58,275 bases of DNA, taken from a virus. Taxonomy: Duplodnaviria; Caudoviricetes. The position numbers and the translations under genes are program-made. Under the pieces are notes generated by a model that did no database searches, was not told the DNA's origin, and saw only the letters and a list, made by a program, of their open reading frames with translations. Of the stretch, positions 56,051 through 58,275 are shown piece after piece. The first letter of the stretch is position 1; every line of letters starts with the position of its first letter. The DNA lies in the IMG/VR virus record IMGVR_UViG_3300046697_000236, positions 1 through 58,275 of that record. One strand, 5' to 3'.

Positions 56051-56620
56051 TTAAATAGTTATAATCGTTTTAAAAAGCTTACTTGCCGCAAAATCGGCTG
56101 GAGACATGGTGTAGTTATCATTTTTAAACATACCCATTCCGTCCTTATACCATTGTTCTACTTGTTGGGAGCAAACCTCCATATGTTTATCATTTCCGAT
56201 ATTCAGCCATTCTTGTTTTTTTGTTATCTCGTAGGCGACAAATTTATAAGCAAAATTAACAACACCCAGGACGTTATACACACCCTTACCATTGTCTGAT
56301 TCCATTAATTTAAATAACATTACTTGATCTTGAATAGACAATCCCTGCAATGGTTCCCTAATCATGAATGTCGAATTATCATTTGCCAGATAATCATCCA
56401 ATGGTGTCTGAATAATTGATTGGAATAACCTGCCTTCTTCTTCTACGAAATATTGTCCATTCTTAACCTTAATCATTCCTGCATGATGAAACCTAGCTAT
56501 TTCCCAAGGATACTCTAATGCTTGAAATTTCTGTATTTCTTTTGCAAAAAACCCAGCATCGCCATCACAAACCAACAATGCCTGTCCGTTTTTTAATATT
56601 GATTTATCCAAAATCTTCAT
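56051..56620 (-). CDS. Permuted NlpC/P60 papain-like enzyme (YiiX/YaeF-like)
   Basis: His (FHHAGM) precedes Cys (VCSQQV); GVYN and SPADF motifs. Confidence 0.7.
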   Translation of the reverse strand: MKILDKSILKNGQALLVCDGDAGFFAKEIQKFQALEYPWEIARFHHAGMIKVKNGQYFVEEEGRLFQSIIQTPLDDYLANDNSTFMIREPLQGLSIQDQVMLFKLMESDNGKGVYNVLGVVNFAYKFVAYEITKKQEWLNIGNDKHMEVCSQQVEQWYKDGMGMFKNDNYTMSPADFAASKLFKTIITI

Positions 56621-58275
56621 TATCTTCCTATCCTATACATTATTAAATTACCACTCCCAAATCCATAAGTTCCTCCTGTTTGTGTACAACTTGAATATAC
56701 AGAAATTTTATCATTTGTATTTAATGAGACAATTATTGGATAAGTTCCTAAATTAAAAGCATAAGAACTACTCGATACTGTTACTGAATTAGTTGCCGCG
56801 GATATGGCTGATCCATTTTTATAAAGATATACCGTTACGGATGCCGTTCCGGCTATAGTCACCGACCCCCTAAAGTAAATATAATATATTCCATCACCCC
56901 CTGTTGATATGATTGATGTGTTTGATGAGGAAGCTACATACTTATTATTTGTAGTGGTTCCGCTACTTAATATTGTTGGACTACTCCATGCTGAACTTAC
57001 CGAATTACCAAGTCCATGTATTTCTCCATACGCAGACTCAACCAATGTTTGTCCCTGCGTGCTGTCGTCCATTAAGTAGATGTTTTTATTATCTCTAAAT
57101 GCCTTACCGGTATCTCCAGTAGAATAATCATATTTGCTGGACTTGTTAAAGTGTATGTAATTAACCGATGAAATCGATCCCTTGGGTTGATATGTTGCTG
57201 CTGCGTGTGTCTTGGTCTCTAGTTTCCATAATGCAGAATCGGTAGTCTTTAAATATAAACTATCTGCCGCACTTTTGGGTATCAATGTTTGCGATGTCAG
57301 CAAGGAATTCTTATTGCCCACATATTGTGCGGTTCCATTTGCCAAGACACGAAATGTGTTACTAAAATTATATTGACAATCCAAAATATCATTAGCGTTA
57401 CTTGCGCTATCATTTATTACCAATCCTATCCCTTTGGCCGCGTAAATAGATATGCCCGCTCCCGTACCATGACTCTTAGCGCTTAATCCAATTCCCCAAC
57501 TTTCAGCCCATACGCCAGAACTGGAGACAGAATTAGTTATACCTTTAACTCCTATCCCGCCATTAGAATATCCCTCAACTCCGATACTTCCGCCTCCGGA
57601 TATTCCATATATACCTATGCCTGTCCCTGCGCTGGTTCCCGTTATGGCCGTATTGTATGATGGAGCATATGCGTATAATTGAGATGACCGAAATAGCCCA
57701 TCATAGTTTAATGTAGAATCTAAATGTAAAGGAGTGGTTGCTCCCGTGTATAGCACACCCGTTGATCGTAAGAAATATGGATGGTATTTATTGCCAGAGT
57801 ATTGCAGGATATTATTCGATAATGTTTTTAAATAAATACTGTCTACCCAAGCTGAATCGACTAAAGAGTATTTATTAAAATAGGAATGTAAATTAGTAGG
57901 ATAGCTAGCTAAACCACTTCCCAATATCGTAAATGCCTTAATGCCATTATTTTTAATATAAAAAAACGTATCTGTTTTGGCAACAGTAACAAAAGAATTA
58001 AAATAAAAAGGTCGTAACGATGAAGGAGTAAGCAAAACACCAATAACGGATCCGGTATTTTTCATTATTCTTAAATATGAATCATAGTATGCCGAAGTAT
58101 AAGTGGATCCTATCGCATCAAAATAATTTGCATCAAGATAGGTGGCCCCAAATCTACCGTTATAATAAATCAAGGAATCTGCACTTGTGGGGAGTGCCGA
58201 TCCTACAGTGGCTCTATAAATAATTCCTTTTGCTGATGCGGACAGATATGGTTTATATGCTCCCGATGAATATTG
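56620..58275 (-). CDS. 3' part of tail fibre/spike-like protein (true start at 659 across the join)
   Basis: Ser/Gly/Thr-rich, GIGIYG beta-repeats, C-terminal beta-sandwich (VYLYKNG, SLNTNDKISV). Confidence 0.7.
   Translation of the reverse strand, partial: QYSSGAYKPYLSASAKGIIYRATVGSALPTSADSLIYYNGRFGATYLDANYFDAIGSTYTSAYYDSYLRIMKNTGSVIGVLLTPSSLRPFYFNSFVTVAKTDTFFYIKNNGIKAFTILGSGLASYPTNLHSYFNKYSLVDSAWVDSIYLKTLSNNILQYSGNKYHPYFLRSTGVLYTGATTPLHLDSTLNYDGLFRSSQLYAYAPSYNTAITGTSAGTGIGIYGISGGGSIGVEGYSNGGIGVKGITNSVSSSGVWAESWGIGLSAKSHGTGAGISIYAAKGIGLVINDSASNANDILDCQYNFSNTFRVLANGTAQYVGNKNSLLTSQTLIPKSAADSLYLKTTDSALWKLETKTHAAATYQPKGSISSVNYIHFNKSSKYDYSTGDTGKAFRDNKNIYLMDDSTQGQTLVESAYGEIHGLGNSVSSAWSSPTILSSGTTTNNKYVASSSNTSIISTGGDGIYYIYFRGSVTIAGTASVTVYLYKNGSAISAATNSVTVSSSSYAFNLGTYPIIVSLNTNDKISVYSSCTQTGGTYGFGSGNLIMYRIGR
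57800..58275. repeat. Terminal direct repeat, right copy
   Basis: Identical to 1-476. Confidence 0.95.

Noticed and set aside
57800-58275. 476-bp repeat as a physical terminal repeat or gene duplication
   Set aside because: It lies mid-gene and the ORF reads through the join, so it is best explained as circular assembly overlap
53785-58275. Diversity-generating retroelement acting on tail genes
   Set aside because: No reverse transcriptase and no adenine-variant TR/VR pair seen

Overview
The window is an apparently complete circular ~57.8 kb tailed-phage genome: bases 1-476 are repeated exactly at 57800-58275. It has podovirus-like morphogenesis genes (terminase, portal, capsid, scaffold, tail adaptor/nozzle, ejection proteins, a 4274-aa polyvalent protein). 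The host is most likely Bacteroidota, judged from TAnnTTTG promoters and Gln-exposing signal peptides. The main discovery is at 35285-43220, a phage-borne integron-like system embedded in the leftward early operon. A tyrosine recombinase lacking the canonical IntI insertion is followed by an attI-like site and nine tandem cassettes. Each cassette begins with a TT... core that is reverse-complemented at its own attC-like hairpin. All cargo genes face opposite to the canonical integron orientation and include three DNA methyltransferases and a PAPS-reductase-family protein. Four cassettes carry an 18-27 nt antisense copy of their own circularisation junction, two carry their gene inside the attC loop, and one has been invaded by a TnpB-only IS. 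Other oddities: signal peptides on the capsid and tail-region proteins, a nuclease-FtsK fusion beside RecT, a tandem GroES, and twin divergent late promoters. All protein calls come from motif recognition by eye; no database searches were run.
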